Below are positions 8,163 through 16,665 of a stretch of 64,000 nt of DNA, in pieces. Made by a program: the position numbers and the translations under genes. The notes below the pieces were generated by a model. That model was not told the origin of the DNA. It was given only the letters and a program-made list of their open reading frames with translations, and did no database searches. This DNA comes from a virus (Duplodnaviria; Caudoviricetes), in IMG/VR virus record IMGVR_UViG_3300020049_016712, positions 1-64,000 of that record; one strand, given 5' to 3'. Numbering within the stretch: the stretch's first letter is position 1; every line of letters starts with the position of its first letter.

Positions 8163-8967
8163 CGAATTGACCTCGTTTCCCGGTCTCGCGCGCCGTCGTG
8201 GCAAACCATCGGCCTTTGTAGCGTTGCTGCTTGTAGATGATCGTGTGGAATTTCGAGGGAGTATCGCTCTTGCACTTGGGCTTGAAGCCAACCTCCTTGA
8301 ACTGGTTCACCAGTTGCTGAGAATCTTTTGGCGCACTGGTGTTGCCGCCGGGCTCGTTGAGCTTGGATTCGTTGGCCATGAACATGACGTTGCAGCGTGT
8401 CATATAGACGAGCGGGTCCTCAAAGGAATTGACGTACATCGGATTGATGCCGGTTCCGTAATATTTGAGCAGCGCCGTTTCGCCCTTGGAGGAAAAGTTT
8501 TTGCTCTCGCGATACTCCGCCTCGAGTTCCTCCTGTGTTTTGCCAAGGCGCGTCCGACAATACCAGTCGGCGGCTCGGTCCCAGCACACGCTGACACGAT
8601 CCACGACCACCCAATCCTGTTTTCGCGGTCGAGAATTGACGATCTCCTTGGCAGCGTCGATCATTTCTCCGAACGTGTAGGGCTGCCAAATGCGGATGCG
8701 GCCATTCCCCCACAACTCCAGAAGGGTAGGATCGTCTTCGACAGTGCGGATCCATCGCTCCCCGTCGGTATCTACGACTTTGAAGTTGGCGTCGGACCCC
8801 ATTTGGGCAAGGAACTTGATAATTTCCGCCATATCGTGCGTCTTGCCAGACCCGTATTGGCCAAAGAGCATAATTTTCTCAGTGGTTGCGGTTGGGGATT
8901 GAATCGGCATCAGGGTTTGCCCTCCATAAGTTTCGTGTAACGTTGCTGACCAATGGCTTCGCGGCAA
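8095..8967 (-). CDS. AAA/RecA-fold ATPase (Sak4-like recombination function)
   Basis: Walker A GQYGSGKT, VVDTDGE, Walker B WVVVD. Confidence 0.75.
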   Translation of the reverse strand: MPRSHWSATLHETYGGQTLMPIQSPTATTEKIMLFGQYGSGKTHDMAEIIKFLAQMGSDANFKVVDTDGERWIRTVEDDPTLLELWGNGRIRIWQPYTFGEMIDAAKEIVNSRPRKQDWVVVDRVSVCWDRAADWYCRTRLGKTQEELEAEYRESKNFSSKGETALLKYYGTGINPMYVNSFEDPLVYMTRCNVMFMANESKLNEPGGNTSAPKDSQQLVNQFKEVGFKPKCKSDTPSKFHTIIYKQQRYKGRWFATTARETGKRGQFDGEEISNFAVQYFLEKSGWVVY

Positions 8968-9509
8968 GCCAGAATCAACATTTCAGCGGTCGTGGAAGGC
9001 GATTTTAGCCCCTCCAGCCAGTGGCACAAGTTGAAGGCAACCCGTTCCAGACGGCGGTAATCCAGGTCGACAGGCGAATCGGTATCGGAAAATTTTGATT
9101 TCCAAAACTCCAGTTGCGCCTTTGCTTCATTCAGTTCTAGGGTCAGTCTCTGAATCTCTTGATGCTCGGCCGCAGGCATGCGACTCGATGGCTCGCGCCC
9201 AGCAAACTCATAGCCGGCTTGCGTAATCGACAGGCTTCTCGGTTTGCCATGCTCGCGAACAATCAAGCCTCGCTTTTTCAGGTTTTCAAGATGTCGATAG
9301 GCGCACGATGACGATGCGGTGTGAGCCACTCCGGTTACATCGCGAATCGATGGCGCGAAACCGTATTCCTCGACATAGTCGATGATGAAATTCATCAGGA
9401 GCCGATACATATCGCCAAGCTCTTTTGGTTTTCTCATGCGCTTGGAGATAGGCCGCAACGGCTTGTCGGGAATCTGGTTTGCAGCCGGCTTTAGATTCCG
9501 AAATTGCAT
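8910..9509 (-). CDS. LexA-type N-terminal wHTH regulator without peptidase domain
   Basis: FIIDYVEEYGFAPSIRDV...SSS.AYRHL..L.KRGLI.R..GKPRSL. Confidence 0.8.
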   Translation of the reverse strand: MQFRNLKPAANQIPDKPLRPISKRMRKPKELGDMYRLLMNFIIDYVEEYGFAPSIRDVTGVAHTASSSCAYRHLENLKKRGLIVREHGKPRSLSITQAGYEFAGREPSSRMPAAEHQEIQRLTLELNEAKAQLEFWKSKFSDTDSPVDLDYRRLERVAFNLCHWLEGLKSPSTTAEMLILACREAIGQQRYTKLMEGKP

Positions 9510-9510
9510 T

Positions 9511-10611
9511 TTATTCAGCCTCGGTCTTTGGCTTGCGCGGCCCAAATACTTTGATGTGCGATTTGCGCTTCGGCTTGCGATACCGAGCCACCAGGTCGGG
9601 ACGCTCGCGCTCCAACGTCTCGACATCGACATCCTCGACAACGCGTGTCGTGATGTATGGCTTTACCGCGTCCGGTTCGGAATTCAGGGCCGCTGACAGG
9701 TCGAAAACGGTTTCCTTTTCGTTGGTCCAGACAATCGAATAGGGTCCGGCAACCGTCTTTGGTTCACCGCGCGTCGCATCCTCGAGTTGAGGCTTTACCG
9801 CGTTTTTCTCGCCCTTCCAGTAGACCTCTTGCTGTTGAGCTTCGTGATATTTCTCGGCCAACTCGGTTAAGGAATCATCGCGCACGGCTTCGGCCTTGTC
9901 ATGCAAATACTTGAATTTGCAGAACGGAGAGGAAACGTCGCAGGGTGGCCGCTGGTCTGGATCGGACATGGCCATGCCCTCGATTAGCGCAACACGAGCC
10001 GGAGGGTCGCCAATCGGAAACGGGAGTCCAGGAAGGGCTTTGATGAAAAATTCTCCATCGTTGCGGTTCTTTAAGCCCCACACAACGCCCTTGACCTCGA
10101 TTCCATAGCAGGCTTGAATCAGCGCCGAGTAAGTCGTGACCTGAAAGGCGTAAGCATGCTCGGCCCTAACCAGTGCTTCCCAGCCTTTGGTCAGTGCTCG
10201 TTTCAGCGTCTTGAAGGTGGAATAGGTGTCGGTTTCACCAGCAGTCTTGGCTTCGACCAACCACCAATTTCCGTCATCGTCTACCGCGATTCCGTCCACC
10301 TCGCCAACGATTTCGGCATAGTCGCCAATCCGCATGGCCAAACAGGATGGTCTCGGAAGAAGGCGATAACCGTGCCGCTCAACTTCAGCCAGGATGGAAT
10401 CCTCATGGAGGTGACCCTCAGCAAGGATTCGCTGGTTGCGTTCCGAGCGCACCATAGGCTCATACCCGGTGCGCTCAGCCAAAAGGGCCCGAAGGCAGGA
10501 CCCAAGCGACGAGGGACGATAACGCCAGATTCCGCTTTGCAAACGGTGCACTGAGCGCGCGTCCGGGTCGCGAGGCTCCAAACCTTCGGGCAACTTCGGT
10601 GCGGGCAGCAT
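9511..10611 (-). CDS. PD-(D/E)xK exonuclease (Cas4/YqaJ-like)
   Basis: RPSSLGSC, GHLHE, GEVDGI, LVEAKT, QVTTY. Confidence 0.75.
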   Translation of the reverse strand: MLPAPKLPEGLEPRDPDARSVHRLQSGIWRYRPSSLGSCLRALLAERTGYEPMVRSERNQRILAEGHLHEDSILAEVERHGYRLLPRPSCLAMRIGDYAEIVGEVDGIAVDDDGNWWLVEAKTAGETDTYSTFKTLKRALTKGWEALVRAEHAYAFQVTTYSALIQACYGIEVKGVVWGLKNRNDGEFFIKALPGLPFPIGDPPARVALIEGMAMSDPDQRPPCDVSSPFCKFKYLHDKAEAVRDDSLTELAEKYHEAQQQEVYWKGEKNAVKPQLEDATRGEPKTVAGPYSIVWTNEKETVFDLSAALNSEPDAVKPYITTRVVEDVDVETLERERPDLVARYRKPKRKSHIKVFGPRKPKTEAE

Positions 10612-11381
10612 TACCCGAGACTCGCCTTGAGTTCGTTGTAATGCGCCTCTTTGGTGGCCGCCTGAATTGCAGCAGCATTGGTCCGCACTGACGGCGAATT
10701 GAGACAGGCCGTGCGCCAGGATGCGAAATCAGACGTGGTCGCAACCAGTCCGAGCATTTCGGCAGCCACATCATCGGGCACACCGTTGCCGGCCGGAGCA
10801 GCCGAAGATCCATTCGCAGGAGTCGTCGTTGCGGTCTGAGCGGAGCCCTGAGCGGGAGCCTGCTGTTGATGCGACTTGTCGCCGATCCAGCCGATGAACT
10901 TGGCGGGAGCGGCCATCGTGCGCTTCTCTCCACCCTTGATTTTATACTCTACGGGCTTGAGTTGGACGATGGCCCCGCGCCAAATCTCGGCGTCCCGAGT
11001 GTCGTGACGACCGTTTTTCCGCAACTCGGACATCAGGCCGCACTCTGCCGAGTTTTTGATCCATTTGCCGTACAGCGAACCGCCGGTGGGACCGCGCTTG
11101 TCGTCGTTGGGATCCATGATGATTCGGCCGTTGTGCTGAATCACGAAACCATCGCCCACCGTGAATTTCTCTTTGCGAGGCTGGTCGGTGTGGTAGTCGT
11201 ATCCCTCGGCCATGAACTGGATGACGTTGTGTCCCACAGACTCGGAATAATCGGCGATCCCGAAGTGCGGATTCTCGATCACCAGCGTGTAACTGGAAAA
11301 GTCGTTCTCGGGCGGATTCCACAGAGCCTGTGCCTGCTCTTCCGACACCTGGAACAATGGGGTATAGGTGTTTGCTGCCAT
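10611..11381 (-). CDS. Hypothetical, possible ssDNA-binding/recombination protein
   Basis: Position in the recombination module; A/Q-rich linker. Confidence 0.5.
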   Translation of the reverse strand: MAANTYTPLFQVSEEQAQALWNPPENDFSSYTLVIENPHFGIADYSESVGHNVIQFMAEGYDYHTDQPRKEKFTVGDGFVIQHNGRIIMDPNDDKRGPTGGSLYGKWIKNSAECGLMSELRKNGRHDTRDAEIWRGAIVQLKPVEYKIKGGEKRTMAAPAKFIGWIGDKSHQQQAPAQGSAQTATTTPANGSSAAPAGNGVPDDVAAEMLGLVATTSDFASWRTACLNSPSVRTNAAAIQAATKEAHYNELKASLG

Positions 11382-11387
11382 ATAGAT

Positions 11388-11591
11388 TTAGGCATCCTTT
11401 CGCTTCGTGTTGGTTTGATCTGGAGGCCGCTTCTCGAACTCGGTCAGGTCATCCTCGGATACCCTGATCAAACGCTCGCCAATGCGGACATGGCCAAGTT
11501 GGTTCGTTCTGATCCAGGCGTAAACCGTGGTTGGCTTAACCGAGTACCGTTCGGCGACCTCCTCCACTGTGTAGTAGGGTGGATTCGGCAA
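11388..11591 (-). CDS. Excisionase-like HTH protein
   Basis: YTVEEVAERYSVKPTTVYAWIR...L.HVRIG..IRV. Confidence 0.85.
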   Translation of the reverse strand: MPNPPYYTVEEVAERYSVKPTTVYAWIRTNQLGHVRIGERLIRVSEDDLTEFEKRPPDQTNTKRKDA

Positions 11592-11636
11592 ATTTGCCTC
11601 CCGTGCCGAACGTTGTTTGGTTCGGTTGTGTTTGGT

Positions 11637-12170
11637 TTAGTTCTGTTTTTCTTGAATCTTTCCTTCCCTGTTTCTGAAGATTTTTCGATTGATTTTTATC
11701 CAATTGCTTGAATCAAATTCTTCTCCGCGCTCGTTTACGATCTCGTGTGATCTCCTGAAATCTCTGTAGTCGCGCCCCAGGATATTGAGCCAGTCGACGA
11801 ATTCAAAAGCGTATTTTTCGGCTTCTTCGTGATGGTCGTGAGCCTCCGTCAAAGTGCAAGCTCGAGTCTGATAATCGCCTTCTGCCTGAAACCTGTCGTA
11901 ATCCCAAAGCCAGCCAACGGTTCCGTCGTCGTCCAAAAAACCTGTTTGTCCGGGCAGAATCATCGTCTCGAAAACCACTGGTGTTCCATTTAGAATGTAG
12001 GAGTGATCGAGTCCTAGAAATACGGTCGAGATTCTGCAGACCCTGAAAACCCCAATCCACAACTCGGTCAGTGCGATGCTTTCGCGTTGAATTTTCCCAA
12101 CGGCTTCGCGGTGCACGAAAATTTTCCTAACGTTGCCGCATTCATCCAGTGCGAAACATTCCATGCTCAT
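11637..12170 (-). CDS. Hypothetical phage protein
   Basis: ISTVFLGLDH...FETMI motif; coupled start. Confidence 0.6.
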   Translation of the reverse strand: MSMECFALDECGNVRKIFVHREAVGKIQRESIALTELWIGVFRVCRISTVFLGLDHSYILNGTPVVFETMILPGQTGFLDDDGTVGWLWDYDRFQAEGDYQTRACTLTEAHDHHEEAEKYAFEFVDWLNILGRDYRDFRRSHEIVNERGEEFDSSNWIKINRKIFRNREGKIQEKQN

Positions 12171-12430
12171 GTCAGCCTCCTGTTGGGCAATATGGTTACC
12201 AGAACAGGTAGTTTACCAGATTCTGATTTCTCCACCACGAAACGCAGGCGCAGCGGACGCGGACCCTGCCAGAGCCACGCCCCCGACTTGAATTGCTTAA
12301 CTTTTTTGGCCTCTTTAGTCAGGTTAATCAGCTCCCCCAGGGCTTGCTCATAGGTCAACCCGCGAGCCCACCGCTCGCGATAGCGACGCACGGCGTGAGG
12401 TGTCACGAATAATGGTCCAGACGCGCTCAA
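12167..12430 (-). CDS. Small basic protein, RelE/BECR-like RNase candidate
   Basis: VTPHAVRRYRER, terminal VLVTIL; coupled to cysH. Confidence 0.5.
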   Translation of the reverse strand: MSASGPLFVTPHAVRRYRERWARGLTYEQALGELINLTKEAKKVKQFKSGAWLWQGPRPLRLRFVVEKSESGKLPVLVTILPNRRLT

Positions 12431-13179
12431 GAGCAGGCCTCCCGAGCCATCATATCAAGTTCGCGTAGGCGGTCCCGATAGTAGAGACCCTCCCACTCGG
12501 CTCGGCCGTGGCCTGTTCCCCGACCGCCGGCCAGGCCAGCCACCCGGAGCCTATCGCGGTCCCAAATCCCCCCCTGAGTGTATCCGTAAGCCGGGTGCAC
12601 GGGGAGGCTAAACTGCAGTAGGTAGGCAAAGACCTGGGCCGTAGACCAGCGGCCCAGAGGCGCCAACGTGTTGCGGGTGGCCAGGCCCTTCCCGACGCGT
12701 TTTCGCCTGGCGTTAGACTCCTCGGCCCGCACCCCGCTGGCATAGCGGGCCCCGAACCTGGTAGCAGCCTCGGAGAATCCGGCAGAGAGGCTGAGTCGGC
12801 CGGCAGGGGCCTGCCAGGTGCCGTCTGGCTGCGGGGCGCAGTGAGTCACCACTTCCTCGTATGGCATCGGGAAATCGGCCAGGAAGGCGTCTCGCACCAG
12901 TCGGCAATCGGGGTTGTCGCGAGGGTGGTTGCGAACCCAGACAAGCGGCGGCCCATTGTCGGCCCATAGCGTCCAACACAGGTGCGCCAGGACGATAGAG
13001 TCTTTCCCCCAGGAGCAGCCGATATAGTCCGGCCGGAACCGCCGCAGTTCCTCGCGAGCCGCGTACTGCAGCCGTTCCCAGTTGGTGGACCTGGCGACGA
13101 CCCGATCACGCCGACGTAGACGCTCCCACTCGGCCAGGTCGGCCTCCGTGTGGCGCTCGGTGACGATTAGCCCGGACAC
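12427..13179 (-). CDS. CysH/PAPS-reductase-like type IV-B ancillary protein
   Basis: GTG 13179 with GAGGA RBS; SWGKDS PP-loop, SGVRAEES..R, PLGRWST..V.AY, HPAY. Confidence 0.85.
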   Translation of the reverse strand: MSGLIVTERHTEADLAEWERLRRRDRVVARSTNWERLQYAAREELRRFRPDYIGCSWGKDSIVLAHLCWTLWADNGPPLVWVRNHPRDNPDCRLVRDAFLADFPMPYEEVVTHCAPQPDGTWQAPAGRLSLSAGFSEAATRFGARYASGVRAEESNARRKRVGKGLATRNTLAPLGRWSTAQVFAYLLQFSLPVHPAYGYTQGGIWDRDRLRVAGLAGGRGTGHGRAEWEGLYYRDRLRELDMMAREACS

Positions 13180-13805
13180 AGTACCAGTTCCTCGGTCGAC
13201 CGGCGCCAATAGGGGTAGGTGAGATTCCCGTAGCGGACATGGCTCTCGGTCACCCCTGGCCAGTCCGGGGGCAGGTGGCGCATTGCTCGACCGTCGGGAC
13301 TGACCACAGGGAATCCAGGCCATGGCTCGACCACCTCGAATTCCCAGCGTCGGATGCGACCGAGTCCGCAGGAACGCTTCCGGCCCAGGTGGTGGATCGC
13401 CGATAGGCGCCTGCGAACCTCGGCCAGATCGGCCAGCAGGAACCACGTTACCCGGTCCCAGGCCGCGTAGCCAACCTGATATGGTATTCGGAAATGCTTC
13501 TGCTTGCCTGCGGCCAGGTTCACGCGCTTCATTCGGCTGTGGTGAACGGCCTGCTCGACCGGGAAGCGGCGAATCAGATACTTCCGCTCGAGTAGCTCCC
13601 ACTCGACCACGGAAGCACTGGCCAGATGAAAACGCCCTCCCGGCTCGCGCTCGACTGGAACCTCGATTGGAACCAATTGGTCTTCAGTCGTAGCCAGCTC
13701 GATACCCTCCTGGACGCAAACCGCGTAGGCCAGCAATGCGTCGATATGGATCATGTCCATGGCCACGGGTCCCTGCAGGTAGGCTGTTGCCCTCAGTGGT
13801 TGCAT
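13167..13805 (-). CDS. csf3: Csf3 (type IV Cas5 group)
   Basis: IDALLA, LG.KRS.G.G.I..W, R.LP, YPYW. Confidence 0.85.
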   Translation of the reverse strand: MQPLRATAYLQGPVAMDMIHIDALLAYAVCVQEGIELATTEDQLVPIEVPVEREPGGRFHLASASVVEWELLERKYLIRRFPVEQAVHHSRMKRVNLAAGKQKHFRIPYQVGYAAWDRVTWFLLADLAEVRRRLSAIHHLGRKRSCGLGRIRRWEFEVVEPWPGFPVVSPDGRAMRHLPPDWPGVTESHVRYGNLTYPYWRRSTEELVLCPG

Positions 13806-14344
13806 AGCGGCTCCACCATCAGCATCCCAAACCCGTAAGGTTTGCCAGGTCCCAGACCGTCAATGAGGCAGCGCGCCAGTTCGGCCGGGTCGGTGCACTC
13901 GAGAATTCCGTGATAGTCCACCCCGGTGAACGTCAGGGGCAGCCCGTCTGGCTTACGGCCAACCGCCTTGGGCGCCATCCGCTTCCAGACCTCGCGAGCC
14001 ACCCATCCGAACTGGTGGCGCAGGAGCCAACCGGTCCAGTCTTTGTCGGGCACTCTCATCCCGTTTTTGCGGCCATCAGGGTGGACCTTCTTGGTGACGT
14101 TGGCGCGCAAGTGAAACAGGTAGCGCCGGCCGGCAGCGAGTTCCACCTCGACGGGTCGCGAATCCGGGCCGACAACCACTGGCGTTCGGACCCTGGCCAC
14201 CGGACCTTCAAGCCGATAGAGAAGCCTGGCCTCGGCCCGCTTCTGGGCTGGCACCAGGGTCTGCACCTGCCGGTGAATCGAGTCGCAGTCGTATCCCCGA
14301 ACCGGGAACAGTGTTTCCTGTAGGGTTAGAGTAAGCGCCCCCAT
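13793..14344 (-). CDS. cas6: Cas6e-like RAMP endoribonuclease (compact, 183 aa)
   Basis: IHRQV, LLYRLE, YLFHLRANVTKK, WLLR, VDYHGIL, G-rich loop GLGPGKPYGFGML. Confidence 0.8.
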   Translation of the reverse strand: MGALTLTLQETLFPVRGYDCDSIHRQVQTLVPAQKRAEARLLYRLEGPVARVRTPVVVGPDSRPVEVELAAGRRYLFHLRANVTKKVHPDGRKNGMRVPDKDWTGWLLRHQFGWVAREVWKRMAPKAVGRKPDGLPLTFTGVDYHGILECTDPAELARCLIDGLGPGKPYGFGMLMVEPLCNH

Positions 14345-15318
14345 CAGGCCACCACCTTGGCCAGAAACTCCCGAATCCGGTCCTTGCGCTCGGCGATATG
14401 GCGCCGAAACAGCTCGCCCTTGCGCTGGTCCGGTCCAACCAGGTCGAGGGTATCCATTCGCTCGCTGAAGTTGGCCAAGCTCACGTTGCGAGCGTCGATC
14501 GGCACCAGGTGGCCATGGCCAGTCCCCCGCTTGCCACCCACGCGGCAATGGCGCAGAAACGCACCCACCATGACCAGGAGTGTATCCTCGTCGAGCGGCG
14601 TGTAGAGAGTCGCTGTCACCGACCAAAAAAACAGGCTCCCTTGGGCCACGCGCTCATAATTAAAGGGCATCATAGTCGATTTGCTTTTGACGGCAGCCAC
14701 CGCGTCCCGTGATTCACCGGCCGTCTCGGAGTTTAACAGGCGCTGCTCGGCCCCAGCCCGCTCTCCGGGTATCAGGAGCAGGCGCTTGGCCGGGTCGAGG
14801 GTCGGGTCCATCCTGACCCGCTGCACAGGCTCGATGTGGGCTCGGCAGCCGTCGAGTTCGCCGGCGCCCTCCCGCGCCCACTCGGGCACCAGGTGCTCGG
14901 TTTCGCGGCAGACCAGAATAGCCGGGTCAACCTGCAGGCGCCCAGGTATAATCCTGTTTTGCGCACAGCCACCCAACAGACCCAGGGGCGGAATCAGTTC
15001 GGCGAGTTGGCGAAACTCGTCGAGGTTGACCGCACTCCCGCTTGAACCGGTGATCATCCCGCCCGCGAACAACAGGCGAAGAGCGTTCTCGGTCAAGCTG
15101 TCTTGCAGCATGTCGGCGCATTCTAGCAGGCAGTAGGTGCTCGCCTCGCGCAGACCGTGGCGCATCGTGTCTCCCGTCACGATAGGGACTTTGGCCCAAC
15201 GGCCGCAGGGTTGGCGAACCTTCTGGGTCATGATGATGCTGGTGTTGCCCAGATTTTCCTGAGCATGAGCGATTGGTGTTTCGGCTCTGAGCAAAAATTC
15301 AAACCGTTGCTGTTTCAT
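14344..15318 (-). CDS. csf2: Csf2 (type IV Cas7 backbone)
   Basis: TPIAH, VPIVTGDTMRHGLR, LFAGG, LLGGC, GRLQV, GGKRGTGHG. Confidence 0.9.
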   Translation of the reverse strand: MKQQRFEFLLRAETPIAHAQENLGNTSIIMTQKVRQPCGRWAKVPIVTGDTMRHGLREASTYCLLECADMLQDSLTENALRLLFAGGMITGSSGSAVNLDEFRQLAELIPPLGLLGGCAQNRIIPGRLQVDPAILVCRETEHLVPEWAREGAGELDGCRAHIEPVQRVRMDPTLDPAKRLLLIPGERAGAEQRLLNSETAGESRDAVAAVKSKSTMMPFNYERVAQGSLFFWSVTATLYTPLDEDTLLVMVGAFLRHCRVGGKRGTGHGHLVPIDARNVSLANFSERMDTLDLVGPDQRKGELFRRHIAERKDRIREFLAKVVA

Positions 15319-15721
15319 GCGATCCTCCAAGACCTTCTTCCAATGCTTCTGATTCGGTTAACTCCTGTTTTCGTTCTTTTGATTCCTGGGCCCGGAGTCG
15401 GCCCATGGCAATCAGGTAACTGTGTTCGTTCTCGACCAGGTCGAGCCATTCGTCGGGGGTGCAGACGTGGCCAACGGTCTCGGCCAGTTTGCTAATCACC
15501 AAAGAGCGTGAGTTGCTCGGGGCTGCCAAACCCAGCGACCGGCTCAGCGTCGTGACCCACTCGGCCACGCTGGTGCTCGTTCGGGCGGCCACCCGAATTC
15601 GGTCCTGGAGTTGGTCCCAGTGTTTGAGCGGATTGGCTCCGCTTGCCAGATACTCGCGTCGGACCTCCATGATCAGGTCCACTGTCCGGCCCTCTATCTC
15701 CTCTTTCTGATCGTTGCGCAT
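15299..15721 (-). CDS. cas11: Cas11-like small subunit
   Basis: ATG 15721 with AAAGGAGG RBS; all-helical; canonical position between csf1 and csf2. Confidence 0.75.
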   Translation of the reverse strand: MRNDQKEEIEGRTVDLIMEVRREYLASGANPLKHWDQLQDRIRVAARTSTSVAEWVTTLSRSLGLAAPSNSRSLVISKLAETVGHVCTPDEWLDLVENEHSYLIAMGRLRAQESKERKQELTESEALEEGLGGSHETATV

Positions 15722-16454
15722 CGCGCCTCCTTTCAAGTTCCACTTCGTCTCGTTGGGCTAGCCAGAGGCACAGGGCGAACCACCCACCTCCGCGCTCGCG
15801 AGCCCAGTAATGTTCGAACAGGCGAGCCCAGCGAGCAGTCTCCCCTGTCATGTAGGTCCTGGGCGAATAATCGCCGGTCTCTATCTCCGACTTGGTCACT
15901 CCCCCGCTGAGTCCGTCCACCATCGCGTCGAGCAACTCCCACGACCCCATTTCCACGTCGAGTTCCTCGAATCGCACCTGGCCCCATTGTCCGGGATTGA
16001 GGCGCGCGTAAGGAATGACGTGTTTTTGACCACTGTCGGCAATAGCGGCAAACCAGGGGGGAGTTTTCGGGCCACGCAGCCACTCCAGGATAGCTGGTTT
16101 GTCCCCTTTGTTGGCGGTGACGTATCCACGGCGGTCCCAGAGGTGCGAGTAAAGGCGCAGGTTTACCCCCCGTTTTCCTGGAGGCGGATCGGGGTGAAAT
16201 CCGGGAACAATCGTCCAGGAGTGAGCCCAGACGCAGGCCTCGCAGACGTGCTGTGATGCCGTGCACGAGACTTTGTTCTGGTCGGTGAAGCTCGAGCCTT
16301 GCCACTTGTCGAACAGCATACCTCTGGGCGCCACGCAAGCGCACATCCGACATAGTGAGTCCTCCAAAGGAGAACATCCAGCCTGAACTGGTGAGCCCGC
16401 CAGTTGGTGCAAAATCGCCGCCGGACTAACCGGTTTGGAAAAAGTTTCAATCAT
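15492..16454 (-). CDS. csf1: Csf1 (type IV Cas8-like) with overprinted C-terminal tail
   Basis: CRMC, SSFTD, CEAC, NK..K, IADSGQKH, LWLAQ; ends QLTLFGD. Confidence 0.85.
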   Translation of the reverse strand: MIETFSKPVSPAAILHQLAGSPVQAGCSPLEDSLCRMCACVAPRGMLFDKWQGSSFTDQNKVSCTASQHVCEACVWAHSWTIVPGFHPDPPPGKRGVNLRLYSHLWDRRGYVTANKGDKPAILEWLRGPKTPPWFAAIADSGQKHVIPYARLNPGQWGQVRFEELDVEMGSWELLDAMVDGLSGGVTKSEIETGDYSPRTYMTGETARWARLFEHYWARERGGGWFALCLWLAQRDEVELERRRDAQRSERGDRGPDSGPDHGGPTRVSGKRSQSAQTLGPTPGPNSGGRPNEHQRGRVGHDAEPVAGFGSPEQLTLFGD

Positions 16455-16665
16455 AATTCTTGTCGGCGCCTTCAGGAATGGATTTCAAGAAGTCATTATC
16501 GCGGCCTGGATGCAATTCAACGCTAAACCTCTTGGGCTTCGACCTGATCTTTTCGACCCGCAATAGTCCAGATTCGAGTCCTAATTTCTCGAGTTCGGCC
16601 GCGAAGGGGGCGATCAACGTCTTCCGAATCGCGGAAGGTCCTGCTAGAAAAACTTTCATCTTCAT
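16447..16665 (-). CDS. Small protein linking the helicase and csf1
   Basis: Start overlaps the helicase stop (ATGA); its end overlaps the csf1 start. Confidence 0.6.
   Translation of the reverse strand: MKMKVFLAGPSAIRKTLIAPFAAELEKLGLESGLLRVEKIRSKPKRFSVELHPGRDNDFLKSIPEGADKNYD

Noticed and set aside
9511-10611. Cas4/adaptation module
   Set aside because: No cas1 or cas2 in the window; it sits in a normal phage recombination cluster.
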